Positions 41,600 to 53,808 are shown, numbered from the stretch's first letter. The stretch: DNA of 64,000 nt from Eledone cirrhosa (GCA_964016885.1 OZ024744.1:46252001-46316000); one strand, 5' to 3'. The notes: generated by a model not told the origin, from the sequence alone. Numbers and translations: made by a program.

Positions 41600-44500
41600 C
41601 GCACCACCATTATTACGTGGGCCAATCATAAGTCAGGGGCCTATGCTATCACTTACATGGTTGCCTTTCGATATGATGGATGGACTACGGAATTCTGGAG
41701 AGTTTAAAAAGAAAAAATCTGGACACTCAGTGACAATGGCAAAGACAAAGACAAATTCACCTCATGCTGCCGGACGAGAATGCAAGGACTCCTCCTCTTT
41801 GTTTCGGCCGCGGATGGCTAACATAACCCCACCCCCACCCCCTCCCCTGCGCCCCATCGCTCCCACCCTCCTAACGCAATCCAAAACTTCAGAGTTGGTA
41901 CCATGAATATAGGCACCTTAAAGGGTCGCTCTAACGAGGTTGTAGAAATGCTTGAACGTAAGGAGGTCGATGTTTGTTGTATTCACGAGACCAGGTGGAG
42001 GGGTGGGTCTGCTAGATTCATTGTGGGTAAAGAACGATGCTATAAGCTTTTCTGGGTGGGAAATGACAATGGGCTGGGTGGGTAGGAATCATGGTAGCAG
42101 AAAAATGGGCAGATAAGATAATAGACGTAAATAGAGTGAACGACAGAATAATTAAAATAAGACTTGTCCTCAATAGAACTACTGTGCCAATACTATCTGC
42201 ATATGCACCACAATCCGGACTGCCTGGCGTTATAAAAGACAGGTTCTATGAGACGTTAATGCTAACTACCTCCCAAATAACCGACAGTGACTACATAGTT
42301 ATCGCTGGCGACCTAAATGGTCACGTTGGATAACATTGTGACGGCTATAACGGAATCCATGGAGGCTATGGGTTTGGTACTAGAAATGAGGAAGGCTCCA
42401 GAATCCTGGAATTCTGTGACGCAAATAACCTAACTATCTGTAAAACTAACTTCAAAAAACGAGACAATCACTTGATCACCTATAGATCGGGAGAACACAC
42501 AAGCCAGGTAGATTATATCCTTACCAGGAAACGTGACAGAGTATCTGTTGTAAACACTAAATCCCTTCCCATGAAGAATGCACCTCCCAACATAGACTCA
42601 TAATTAGCGACCTCATAGTCAGGACGAGACGTATTCGACAACAGAAGAGGACTATCCTCAGGAGAAAAATATGGAAGTTAAAAGACCCCACAGCCAGTAA
42701 TAAATTTAACAGGTGATTACTTGATGCTTTCGATAGTAAGGAAGAGCAATTAGAGTCGTACAATATAGAGGAACAGTGGAAATTCCTGAAAGCTAACATG
42801 CTGAAGAGGACAGATGAAACCTGTGGCTGGAGCAGACCTATAGGCAGGAGCAGAGTAACTTGCTGGTGGAACAGTAAGGTGGAGGGGTCAATCAAGGCCA
42901 AAAAGCAGGCTTGGAAAGCATGGTGGGATGGGGGAAGTAGAGAAGACTATCAAGTGGCCAGGAGGGAAGCTAGGAAACAAGTGTACTTCGCAAAAAGGGA
43001 AGCAGAGGAAAGAAAGTTCAAGCATGTTCTACAACGCGAGGACCGAGAACGTGAGGTGTTCAGGATTGCTTGTCAATGTGTCAAGGAAAACAGTGATATT
43101 GTCGGGGAGAAGTGTGTCCTTAATGATGATGGTGTACTTGCCATCACTGACGCTGATAAGAAGGTAGCTTGGGAGTTTCACTACGAAAGGCTACTAAATG
43201 AGGAGAATAATTGGGAGAAAGACAGTCTCCCCCATATCGACCCAATAGAGGGACCAGCAGTGAAAGTTGAAGGTAGTATAATAAGTAAGGCGATCAAAGA
43301 CATGAAGACGGGCAAGGCGACCGGGCCTTCGGAAATAGTTGCTGAAATGCTGAATGCATCTGGAACGGTGGGACACACTATGGTCACCCGGATAGTAAAC
43401 CAAGTCATACAGAATGGGGTCGTTCCGAAGGACTGGCGCAGCAGCATCATCATTAACTGCTACAAGGGTAAAGGTGATGCCCTAGATAGGGGAAACTCTA
43501 GAGGCATTAAATTAATTGACCAGGTCATGAAGGTCACAGAAAAAATAATAGCGTAAATAATCAGATAGCGAATTGATCTAGACGAAATGCAGTTCGGGTT
43601 TGTGTCATGTAAAAGTACAATAGACGCTGTTTTCATTGTACGACAACAGGAGAAGTACCTAGCTAAATGTAAACCCCTATACTTAGCTTTTTTTGACTTG
43701 GAGAAAGCCTTTGACAGAGTACCCCGCTCGATTATCTGGTGGGCCCTTAGAAAACTAGGTGTTGATGAATGGCTTGTGAGAGCTATACAAGCCATGTATA
43801 AAGAAACAGTCAGCAAGATTAGAATTAACAACGAATATAATGCAGAGTTTAGCGTAAAAGTTGGTGTTCATCAGGGCTCTGTCCTTAGACCCCTACTATT
43901 TATTATTGCCCTTCAGGCTATAAAAGAGGATTTCACGGCCGGCTGCCCATGGGAACTTCTATATGCAGATGATCTATCGCTCATAGCTGAATCAATGGCT
44001 GAACTAGAGAAGAAATTCCTTAAGAATCAAAAGGCCTTAAAATTAACCTCTCTAAGACTAAAGTTCTAGTTTGTAGGAAGGAAAATAGGGCACTGGTCCC
44101 ATCTGGAAAATGGCCGTGCTCAGTGTGTAGGAAAGTAGTAGGCAGAAACTCCATTTTATGTCCCAAATGCAAAGTATGGGTGCATAAAAGATGTAGTGGG
44201 ATCACAGGTAAGCTAACTAAGAATATAGATTTTATATGTGGCCGGTACTCTGGTGCAATAAGTAGCAGCAAGTGCCCACAGAATACTAGCTCATTCCATT
44301 GCACAGATGGTTCTATGGAAATAGTGACAGCTTCCGTTACCTGGGTGACTAAATCAGCAGTGGGGGAGGGTGCTCTGAAAGTACAATAGCTAGAGTCAGA
44401 ACGGGATGGAAAAAGTTCAGAGAGCTTATACCACTATAGGCCGCTAAAAGGTTCTCTCTAAAAATGAAAGGCAGGCTGTATGATGCCTGCATACGAACAG

Positions 44501-45280
44501 CAATTTTACATGGCAGTGAGACCTGGGCATTGTGTGCAGAGGATATACGCAGACTGAAGAAAAACGAAGCTTGCATGCTCCGCTGGATGTGTAATAGTAA
44601 TATACGTGAACGGCAAAGCATAAACGAACTAAGGGAGAAATTAGGAATAAGAGGGATCAGTTGTTTTTTACTCGAGAGAAGACTACGTTGGTACAGTCAC
44701 GTGATGTGCATGAAAGATGACAGCTGTATAAAAAAGTGCAGGGCGATAAAAATAGACGGTAGCCACGGAGTAGGCAGACCCAGAATAACCTGGGACGACT
44801 TGATAAATTCCGACCTTACACACTTACACCTCTCCAAGTCAATGTCATTGGACCGAGATCTTTGGCGCTACACAGTTATACAGAAGACCCGCCTTGCCTA
44901 AGTACAAAGCGAAACCTACAGTCAGTAGGCACCTCTAACAAAATACACCCCCTCCCACTACCCCCACCCCATTCACACCACCCCCTTAAATGTGAAGTTA
45001 TGTTGGTACAACAACATCCAGTCCGAAACAAATGAGGTCGTGTAGGTGTCACGACAAAAAAACACACGGTCCACGGTGTAATGTGTCCGTGTAGGTAACA
45101 CGGTAAAAACCTCCCAGTACTCACTGTAAACGTGGTTGGTGTTGGGAAGGGCATCCAGCCGTAGAAAACCCGCCAGACAGTCCTATACGAGCAGGACAAC
45201 CAATTTTGCCTCAAGTGGGAAAACTCCCGTCCAAACCCATGCAAGCGTGGGAGATGGACGTTAAACGATGGTGATGATGA
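41600..45280 (+). mobile_element. Near full-length degraded RTE-clade LINE (APE + RT with PHD-like insert)
   Basis: MNIGTLKGR, CCIHETRW, SAYAPQ and GDLNGHVG endonuclease motifs; FFDLEKAFDRVPR, GVHQGSVL, LLYADDL and RLRWYSHV RT motifs; multiple stops and frameshifts; (GAT)n tail. The 5' boundary is approximate. Confidence 0.92.
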
Positions 45281-45282
45281 TA

Positions 45283-45702
45283 TATATATATATGAATGTA
45301 TATATAGTGTATTTTGCAATACACTGTATGCTTAATTAATAACATTTCGAAGACCTTACGCTATTGTTTTAGAGTAGTGACAGGTTCACTTACTTTAAAT
45401 TTTCAGCGAACAGTGGAGATAAAGCTGACAGAGCTCTGTTTCGTACTTTTTGGTACTTATCAAAGCTAAGTACTCCACCTGTTTGCTGAAAATCATGAAT
45501 GTTTGATTCTTATAGAATTCTAGTAATAATCAGGAACTGATTATACAGAGCGGTTGCCGGTCAAGCAGTTGCCTGTTTGCAGAAAATTTAAAGTAAGTGA
45601 GACTGTCACTATTCTAAAACAATAGCGTAAGGTCTTCGAAATGCTTTTAATTAAGCATACAGTGTATTGCAAAATAGACTATATATACATTCATATATAT
45701 AT
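45283..45702. mobile_element. ~420-bp foldback/MITE with ~130-bp inverted arms in (TA)n
   Basis: tgaatgtatatatagt.tattttgcaatacactgtatgcttaatta... is the reverse complement of 45573-45702. Confidence 0.8.
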
Positions 45703-45843
45703 CGCTATTTCAGAGCACCAATTTTAATATATATATATATATAGTAATAATAATAAAATTGAAGACTAAAATCCAAAGAGGGCTCGATAAGGAAAATATA
45801 TATCAAATATATAAGAACCGTAGAGCAAATATTTATTAAAATA

Positions 45844-45919
45844 ACAGATTAAAGTTTAAGCAAAGAATCGCTGCTTTCACCCTTAACGGGATCTTCTGAA
45901 ACTAACAAAGTCAATCTGT
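45844..45919 (-). ncRNA. Hammerhead-like fold, variant core (inverted pseudo-LTR copy)
   Basis: Reverse complement of 48213-48288. Confidence 0.6.
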
Positions 45920-46476
45920 AAACGCAGAAGTGGATATTTCAAAAAAACGTTGCAACCGGAGGAAGACAGGAAGACGATACTTTGGTTCGTGGTAACGTTC
46001 GCTGGCAAAGAACGGGAAAAAACGAATAATACGTCATTAATAGGTGCGGTGAAAAACAATTACGCGCAAAGACAAAACCACGTTTATGGTATAAAAGAAG
46101 TCGTAGACTAATGTTCTCTTAGGTGGTACATAGAGACGTTCTCTGGCAATGAACGAAAAAACGAAGATAATAAGTCATATGTGGAGCGTGGAGAACAATA
46201 GCACGCAAAGACAAAAACACGTAAATGGTATAGCAGAAATCGTAGACTAAAATTCGAACTAGGAGACCAAATGAATCTCCGCTACACAGTTAAGAACAAA
46301 GTAAATAAATACAATACAGAAGTAATAGAAACAAATAAATACATACACGCAAACAGATACGTACATACACAAGCATATATTACCCGTATAGAAAGCCGAA
46401 TGATACGCTTAATTACATAAGTAAGCATTCCAACCATCCTGCCAGCATAGCCAAGAACCTGGTAAGAAACGTTTCG

Positions 46477-47301
46477 TTGAGGCTTTCCCGTCTTTCCACC
46501 AACGAGCGCATTTTCAACGACCATTCCACTTATTACAATGAAGCTCTTGCTCGAAGTGGATTTGTCGATAAGGTAGCATATACAGAGTACGAAAATAGAC
46601 CTAGAAGAAATAGATCCCGTCGCATTTGTTGGTTTAACCCACCATATAATATGGAGTTGGCCACGCCATTAGCTAAGATCTTTCTTTCCCTTATTACGAA
46701 GCATTTTCCCCCTACACATAAATATAGTAAAATTTTTAATAGAAATACTATTAAAATTTCTTACTCTACGACTCCTAACCTTGCACATAACATCACACCT
46801 TCAAATTTAGCTAAACTACCTAGCCGTAGGAACACGTGCAACCCTGTAGTTAGTACTAACTGTAATTGTAGGAATCGGGTTGATTGCCCCCTATCCGGGA
46901 AATGCCTCTCTAATAACATTGTCTACAAATGTAAGGTTGTAACACCCACGTCCCGTAGGGCCTACATAGGGTTAACCGCCAGTAGTTTCAAGCAGCGTCT
47001 TTACATGCATACCCATTCTTTTCGTTACCCTCTAAGAAGGAATATGACGTCACTTTCAGCTTATATCTGGAGTCTAAAAGACAACCACACCCAATATAAG
47101 TTACACTGGGAGATCCTAGCTAGGGCTAGATCGAATAACGGAAATAAAAGACCATGTGACTTCTGCGCCGCTGAGGCCCTGGAAATACTCTACGCTACAG
47201 ACCACATCTTAAACAAAAAATCTGAGGCAATTTCGGCTTGTAAACATAAATTGCACAAAACTTTCCTGTATTACAGCCCCACGTTATACCCTAACGGATA
47301 G
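46477..47301 (+). CDS. Penelope-like polyprotein C-terminus (thumb, CxC-x5-C linker, GIY-YIG endonuclease), 5'-truncated
   Basis: WFNPPY, CNCRNRVDCPLSGKC and NIVYKC..AYIGLT..FKQRLYMH motifs. Confidence 0.85.
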   Translation: MRLSRLSTNERIFNDHSTYYNEALARSGFVDKVAYTEYENRPRRNRSRRICWFNPPYNMELATPLAKIFLSLITKHFPPTHKYSKIFNRNTIKISYSTTPNLAHNITPSNLAKLPSRRNTCNPVVSTNCNCRNRVDCPLSGKCLSNNIVYKCKVVTPTSRRAYIGLTASSFKQRLYMHTHSFRYPLRRNMTSLSAYIWSLKDNHTQYKLHWEILARARSNNGNKRPCDFCAAEALEILYATDHILNKKSEAISACKHKLHKTFLYYSPTLYPNG

Positions 47302-48212
47302 CACGATCTATACGTGGATATTTTACGTCTTGATGTGGGAGCTAAGTATATGTTTTGTTTATTCCTTTACATATTTGCATAGGTAAGTATATATTACCCG
47401 TATGTTTTATGAATGTATGTATACCTTCTCGTACGTATATTTGACTGTTATAGCGTATAATTTTTACATATTCTGGTGTTTAGGGTTTGGCATTGTGTAT
47501 ACGGGATTTTTGCGTCCGCGTGAGTGTGCAGGTTCGTACGTATGGTGGGTGTGTGTATATGTGTACTTCTTGTTTTAGTTGACTTACGTCTCCGAACATT
47601 CGTGTATTTATATGTAGGTATGCGTGTGCGCTTGTTATATACGTATTTATTTACTTATATACGTTTATATAATTATTTATTTATTTGTACACAAGCATAC
47701 ACACACACACATATTTATATGCGCGTGGTTTTGTATACCCATGGTAAGGTTTTGCGTATGCTTGTGTATGTACGTATCTGTTTGCGTGTAGTATTTATTT
47801 GTTTCTATTACTTCTGTATTGTATTTATTTACTTTGTTCTTAACTCTGTAGCGGAGATTCATTTGGTCTCCTAGTTAGAATTTTAGTCTACGATTTCTGC
47901 TATACCATTTACGTGGTTTTGTCTTTGCGTGCTATTTTTCTCCACGCTCCACATATGACTTATTATCTTCGTTTTTTCGTTCATTGCTAGAGAACGTCTC
48001 TATGCACCACCTAAGAGAACATTAGTCTACGACCTCTTTTATACCATAAACGTGGTTCTGTCTTTGCGCGTAATTGTTTTTCACCGCACCTATTAATGAC
48101 GTATTATTCGTTTTTTCCCGTTCTTTGCCAGTGAACGTTACCACGAACCAAAGTATCGTCTTCCTGTCTTCCTCTGGTTGCAACGTTTTTTGAAATATCC
48201 AGTTCTGCGTTT

Positions 48213-48288
48213 ACAGATTGACTTTGTTAGTTTCAGAAGATCCCGTTAAGGGTGAAAGCAGCGATTCTTTGCTTAAACTTTAATCTGT
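48213..48288 (+). ncRNA. Hammerhead-like ribozyme fold with variant core in the Penelope pseudo-LTR
   Basis: Stem I ACAGATTGA/bulge/AGTTT pairs with AAACT-TTAATCTGT; core CAGAAGA; stem II CCC/GGG; GAAA; stem III GCA/TGC; AATAAA follows. Confidence 0.6.
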
Positions 48289-48295
48289 TATTTTA

Positions 48296-48355
<60 letters not shown>

Positions 48356-49207
48356 GTATCCCTTTCTCGGGAAGAAATCAAGTGTATTCAGATCTGGAAG
48401 AAGGGTGTGGTCTCCACCAGGTCTAAAATACCCAATAAATGTTATATGTCACTAAGGTACCCCTATGATTCCACAAGGATTTCCTTTCTTTAGGACTATG
48501 TCTGGGTTAACCTGTAAAATAGGGATTGAGTAACTGTGTTTCAGGGAGCTGTTTAGATATTGAAGGGACATCTGTTGGTGTAGGGTTTCGTTGATAACAT
48601 AATTAGGTTGTAATACTGTAAAGAGCTACCTGAAACACTGTCTGGTACATGTTTTGGAGAGATGATTATAAAGCCATGTATAGAGAAGCAGTCAGCAAAG
48701 TTAGGATTAACATTGACTATATTGAAGAAATATATCTTTCCAACGTTGTTATATTTTCACTTGTATATAATTACTGTATCGTTGAAGGGTTCACATAATT
48801 CTATTATTCACACATTAATATAGACATTAAGTAAATCTTTGTCAACTTACCTCCTTCAGATGTAATTAATATGTTGTGTTAATATTTACTAAACAACAAA
48901 AGAAATATTCTCTTGTTTTTATGAGTTCACAAAAACTAGATGGTGTCGGACAGAACACAGGACAGATACTAAATAACAGCCTTGTCACTGGGGAGATTAT
49001 AGAATGTGTGACAAAAGATCTTTTTCAATAAACAAATAAACTAACCAACTGGATGTTTATAATAAATTGAAGAGTAAACCAACAATTGCATGAGTTTTTA
49101 TTGGCAGCATGACTCTCTTAAAGTATAACAATATCTGTTTCAACGCAAGTTTTCATGTAAGAAACCTTGCTTGACAAATACAAGAACGGAGTGGGTGTGT
49201 GTGTATG

Positions 49208-49254
<47 letters not shown>

Positions 49255-49269
49255 GGATGTACACTCATG

Positions 49270-49328
<59 letters not shown>

Positions 49329-49528
49329 GGACGTACACTCACACACATATATACATACACACATATATATGTGTAAAACGTAAACAGAAATAACAACACA
49401 ATCGGTACAGTACATGGAAAGAATATATTAGGTTAACACTTGAAATAGCAGGTGCTATTTCAAGTGTTACCCTAATATCTTCCTTCCATGTACTGTACCG
49501 ATTGTGTTGTAATTTCAGTTTACCTTTT

Positions 49529-49572
<44 letters not shown>

Positions 49573-49609
49573 GAATATATATATATATGTATATATATAT
49601 ACATATATA

Positions 49610-52600
49610 TAGTAATAATAATAAATTTGAAGACTAAAATCCAAAGAGGGCTCGATACGGATAAATATATATCAAATATATAAGAACCGTTGAGCAAATA
49701 TTTATTAAAATAACAGATTAAAGTTTAGGCAAAGAATCGCTGCTTTCACCCTTAACGGGATCTTCTGAAACTAACAAAGTCAATCTGTAAACGCAGAAGT
49801 GGATATTTCAAAAAACGTTGCAACCGGAGGAAGACAGGAAGACGATACTTTGGTTCGTGGAAACGTTCGCTGGCTAAGAACGGGAAAAAACGAATATAAT
49901 ACGTCATTAATAGGAGCGGTGAAAAACAATTACGCGCATAGACAGAACCACGTTTATGGGATAAAAGAGGTCATAGACTAATGTTCTCTTAGGTGGTGCA
50001 TAGAGACGTTCTCTGGCAATGAACGAAAAAAACGAAGATAATACGTCATATGTGGAGCGTGGAGAACAATAGCACGCAAAGACAAAACCACGTAAATGGT
50101 ATAGCAAAAGTTGTAGACTAAATTCTAACTAGGAGACCGAATGAATCTCCGCTACAGAGTTAAGAACAAAGTAAATAAATACAATACAGAAGTAATAGAA
50201 ATAAATAAATACATACACGCAAACAAATACGTACATACACAAGCATACGCAAAAACTTACCATAGATAAACAAAACCACGCACATATAAATATGTGTGTG
50301 TGTGTAAGCGTGTATATAAATAAATAAATAATTATATAAACGTATATAAATAAATAAATACGTACATAACAAGCGCACACACATACCTACATGTAAATAC
50401 ACGAATGTTCGGAGACGTAAGTCAAACAAAACATGAAGTACACATATACACACGCCCTACATACGTACGAACCTGCATACTCACACAGACGGAAAACTCC
50501 CGTATACACATAGCCGAACCATATGTACCAGAATATATAAAAAAATTATACGCCATAACAATCAAATATACGTACGATAAGGTATACGTACCTTCACAAA
50601 ACATACGGATAATATATATACACATATGCAAATAAGTAAAGGTATAAACAAAACATATACTTAGCTCCCACATCGAGACGTAAAATGTCCACGTATAGAT
50701 CGTACTATCCGTTAGGGTATAACGTGGGGCTGTAATACAGGAAAGTTTTGTGCAATTTATGTTTACAAGCCGAAATTGCCTCAGATTTTTTGTTTAAGAT
50801 GTGGTCTGTAGCGTAGAGTATTTCCAGGGCCTCAGCGGCGCAGAGGTCACATGGTCTTTTATTTCCGTTATACGATCTAGCCCTAGCTAGGATCTCCCAG
50901 TGTAACTTATATTGGGTGTGGTTGTCTTTTAGACTCCAGATATAAGCTGAAAGTGACGTCATATTCCTTCTTAGAGGGTAACGAAAAGAATGGGTATGCA
51001 TGTAAAGACGCTGCTTGAATCTATTGGCAGTTAACCCTATGTAGGCCCTACGGGACGTGGGTGTTACAACCTTACATTTGTAGACAATGTTACTAGAGAG
51101 GCATTTCCCGGATAGGGGGCAATCAACCCGATTCCTACAATTACAGTTAGTACTAACTACAGGGTTGAACGTGTACCTACGGCTAGGTAGTTTTGCTAAA
51201 TCTGAAGCTGTGATGTTATGTGCAAAGTTAGGAGTCGTAGAGTAAGAAATTTTAATAGTATTTCTATTAAAAATTTTACTATATTTATGTGTAGGGGGAA
51301 AATGCTTCGTAATAAGGGAAAGAAAGATCTTAGCTAATGGTGTGGCCACCTCCATATTATATGGTGGGTTATACCAACAAATGCGACGGGATCTATTTAT
51401 TCTAGGTCTATTTTCGTACTCTGTATATGCTACCTTATCGATAAATCCACTTCGAGCAAGAGCTTCATTGTAATATGTGGAATGGTCGTTGAAAGTACGC
51501 TCGTTGGTGGAAAGACGGGAAAGCCGCAACGAAACGTTTCTTGCCAGGTTCTTGGTTATGCTGGCAGGATGGTTGGAATGCTTACTTATGTAATTAAGCG
51601 TATCATTCGGCTTTCTATACGGGTAATACAACCCATTCGATAAGTTGAGGATAACGTCGAGGTAATTAACGACCGAGAGATTGGCCTCAACCTGTATAGA
51701 GAGGTTGAAGCCTTTAAAGAAGGCTGTGAGTTCTTTTCTGAACCTGTCGCAAGCACGAGGTCCGCACTTAGTCATGGTCACAAGACCATCGTCACGGTAC
51801 AAACCACCGCCCGCGTTGGGGAATTCGTCCTTGATAGAGAAAAGAAGGAAAAGGCCGATAAGCTCAGTAACCTCCGCTCAGTAACCTCCGCAGAATCACT
51901 GGCGCCCATACTCACGTCGAATGGGGTACGATTGGATTTTTTAATCCAAATAGAGTCGTCGAAATTAATCACCGACTTTCGGGAATTGAGGATGACATGA
52001 ACTTCGAAATCCTTAACCACTCTGAGTGTTTTAGCGAAATTGATAGCTCTAAGGAGAAGTGGTAAAGTGATGGAGGAGTAGTAATTGTTGATGTCGAATT
52101 GGATAAAACGGCAATGTTCCTTGTTACATATGCCGTTGAACCAATCAATCACCGCGATGGAATTGTTCCACAGTGCAAGAGGGGCCAAACTTCTAATTTC
52201 AGGAATAATTCTATCAAGAATCGTCTTACTAAGTCTACCTAAATCGGACTTCGCAGGGTTAATAAGCCGAATAGAGAGGTTGTTCGGAAAATTGGATTTG
52301 TGATCCTTCAGGGTAAAGTGGGGAGAAATAGGATCCAGAGGTTCGGTCCGGTCCAGGATGTTGAGATCAGATGTGATTTTAAACCCAGCATCGTTGATTT
52401 CATTGATGACGCACCGATTAGTTTTACGGTAATCCTTAGTTACAGCATTATGTAGTAGTTGATGGTAAGTACTGTGCTCTACTTGATATAGGTTGCCAGT
52501 TTTTTCGGAATGGACGTGCACGGCATTAGAATCCTTAATAGAACGAATTCTATTCTTCAGGTCTTGCTGGAAGGAATTGCTCCTATTCCGAAATTTGATA

Positions 52601-52892
52601 CTCGAAGGGTAGCAATGCAGGGTTACACGGGGGGTTATTATAGGTTTTAAATCCAAATTTATCCTGTTTGTTGTCTGCTTTTCGCGGATTATCGAAGTAA
52701 AAGGCCCGCCAACGCAACCTTTTAATGAACGCGTCTGTTTTCTGTATGAGGAGTTTTAGGTATGTTTTCCTGCTTGGTACGGGTATGTTCTTTGTAGAAA
52801 TATTCAGATGTTGTTTCTGCATGATGAATATAAGTCAGTAGAGTGCTCAACCGAGGGAGCCAAATAGTAATAATAATAAATTTGAAGACTAA
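49610..52892 (-). mobile_element. Near full-length Penelope-like retroelement (RT + C-terminal GIY-YIG) with two frameshifts
   Basis: ORFs 52583..52822, 51778..52656 and 50705..51802 with FIQFDINNYYSSI, MGASDSAEV, YRDDG, NYLDV and GIY-YIG motifs; 28-bp direct terminal repeat (49610-49637, 52865-52892); (TA)n on both sides. Confidence 0.93.
49713..49788 (-). ncRNA. Hammerhead-like fold, variant core (long element copy)
   Basis: Same 76-nt fold with one change next to the predicted cleavage site (GCCT vs GCTT). Confidence 0.55.
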
Positions 52893-53054
52893 TATATATA
52901 TATATATCAATTCTTACGTGGACATCTTTCGCTGGATTTTCACTCTGAAACTGGATACCAACCCGGAGTTTACCTGAACTTCCACCAGGAAATATTTTCA
53001 TAACACTGATATTTTCTTTGCTCTTCGCATTATATAGAGTTACCTCCCTTTATG

Positions 53055-53172
53055 ATCTGAGTTCAAATCCCGCTGAAGTTAAGTTTGCCTTTCATCGTTA
53101 TGGGGTCGATAAAATAAAGTACCAGTAATGCACTAGGATAATTGCTGGCCTTGTGCCAAAAGTAAAAACCAT
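53055..53172 (+). mobile_element. SINE fragment with Nin/Deu-like core
   Basis: ctgagttcaaatcccg..tttcatcgttatggggtcgataaaataaagtaccag. Confidence 0.7.
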
Positions 53173-53229
53173 TATATATATATATCCAATAGCTGAACTA
53201 AGGGTCTGGTGCGTGGAGGGTTTGGTGAA

Positions 53230-53727
53230 GCCAAGTGGCTTGTTCCTCTTCATAGTGGTATCACTGGTCCCTTTGTATGGTGGTACCATCCATCACCAGA
53301 CTCCCAAACTGTGGTACCACATCTGTCCCTCCTCATAGTGGTGTCATCCAGTACCGGGCCCCCAAAACTGTGGTAATGTTGTGTTGTGTTAGGCCACCCC
53401 TCATCATGGTGCCACATAGTACCGGGCCCCCAAACTGTGGCTACACGGTGAGATAGGTTAGGCTCTGAAAACATAGTTACGTTGTGAAACAGGTTCGGCG
53501 CAGTCAACTCGCCTGTCCCTCCTCATAACGGAGCCATCCAGTACCACACTGTAAACGTGGTTGGTGTTAGGAAGGGTATCCAGTTGTAAAATACCTAGCC
53601 AAATGTACTGTCCTCACTGGAGTAAGATACGACACAAGTCCAACCCTGTCCAGACTTGCCTCTCGGCATGGATGACCCGTCTAACCCATGCAAGCGTGGA
53701 AAAATTGACATTAAATGAAAATGATGA

Positions 53728-53732
<5 letters not shown>
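53230..53732 (+). mobile_element. RTE-type 3' tail element
   Basis: Homologous to 13560-13995; ends with (GAT)n then (TA)n. Confidence 0.7.

Positions 53733-53804
<72 letters not shown>

Positions 53805-53808
<4 letters not shown>

Larger units (their letters stand above)
45742..48302 (+). mobile_element. 5'-truncated Penelope-like element with an inverted pseudo-LTR at its 5' side
   Basis: 45742-~46377 is the reverse complement of the element's 3' end; ~46378-48302 carries the thumb/GIY-YIG ORF and 3' UTR; both ends abut (TA)n. Confidence 0.9.

Noticed and set aside
45625-45665. GAAA-TGCTT..AAGCA-TA resembling the 3' half of a hammerhead
   Set aside because: No CUGANGA-like core or stem I partner upstream in either arm.
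49140-49644. YI/HT/CV-rich ORFs (also 4782-5116, 7598-8410, 31100-31443, 57346-57673)
   Set aside because: Translations of (TA)n, (CA)n and (TG)n microsatellites.
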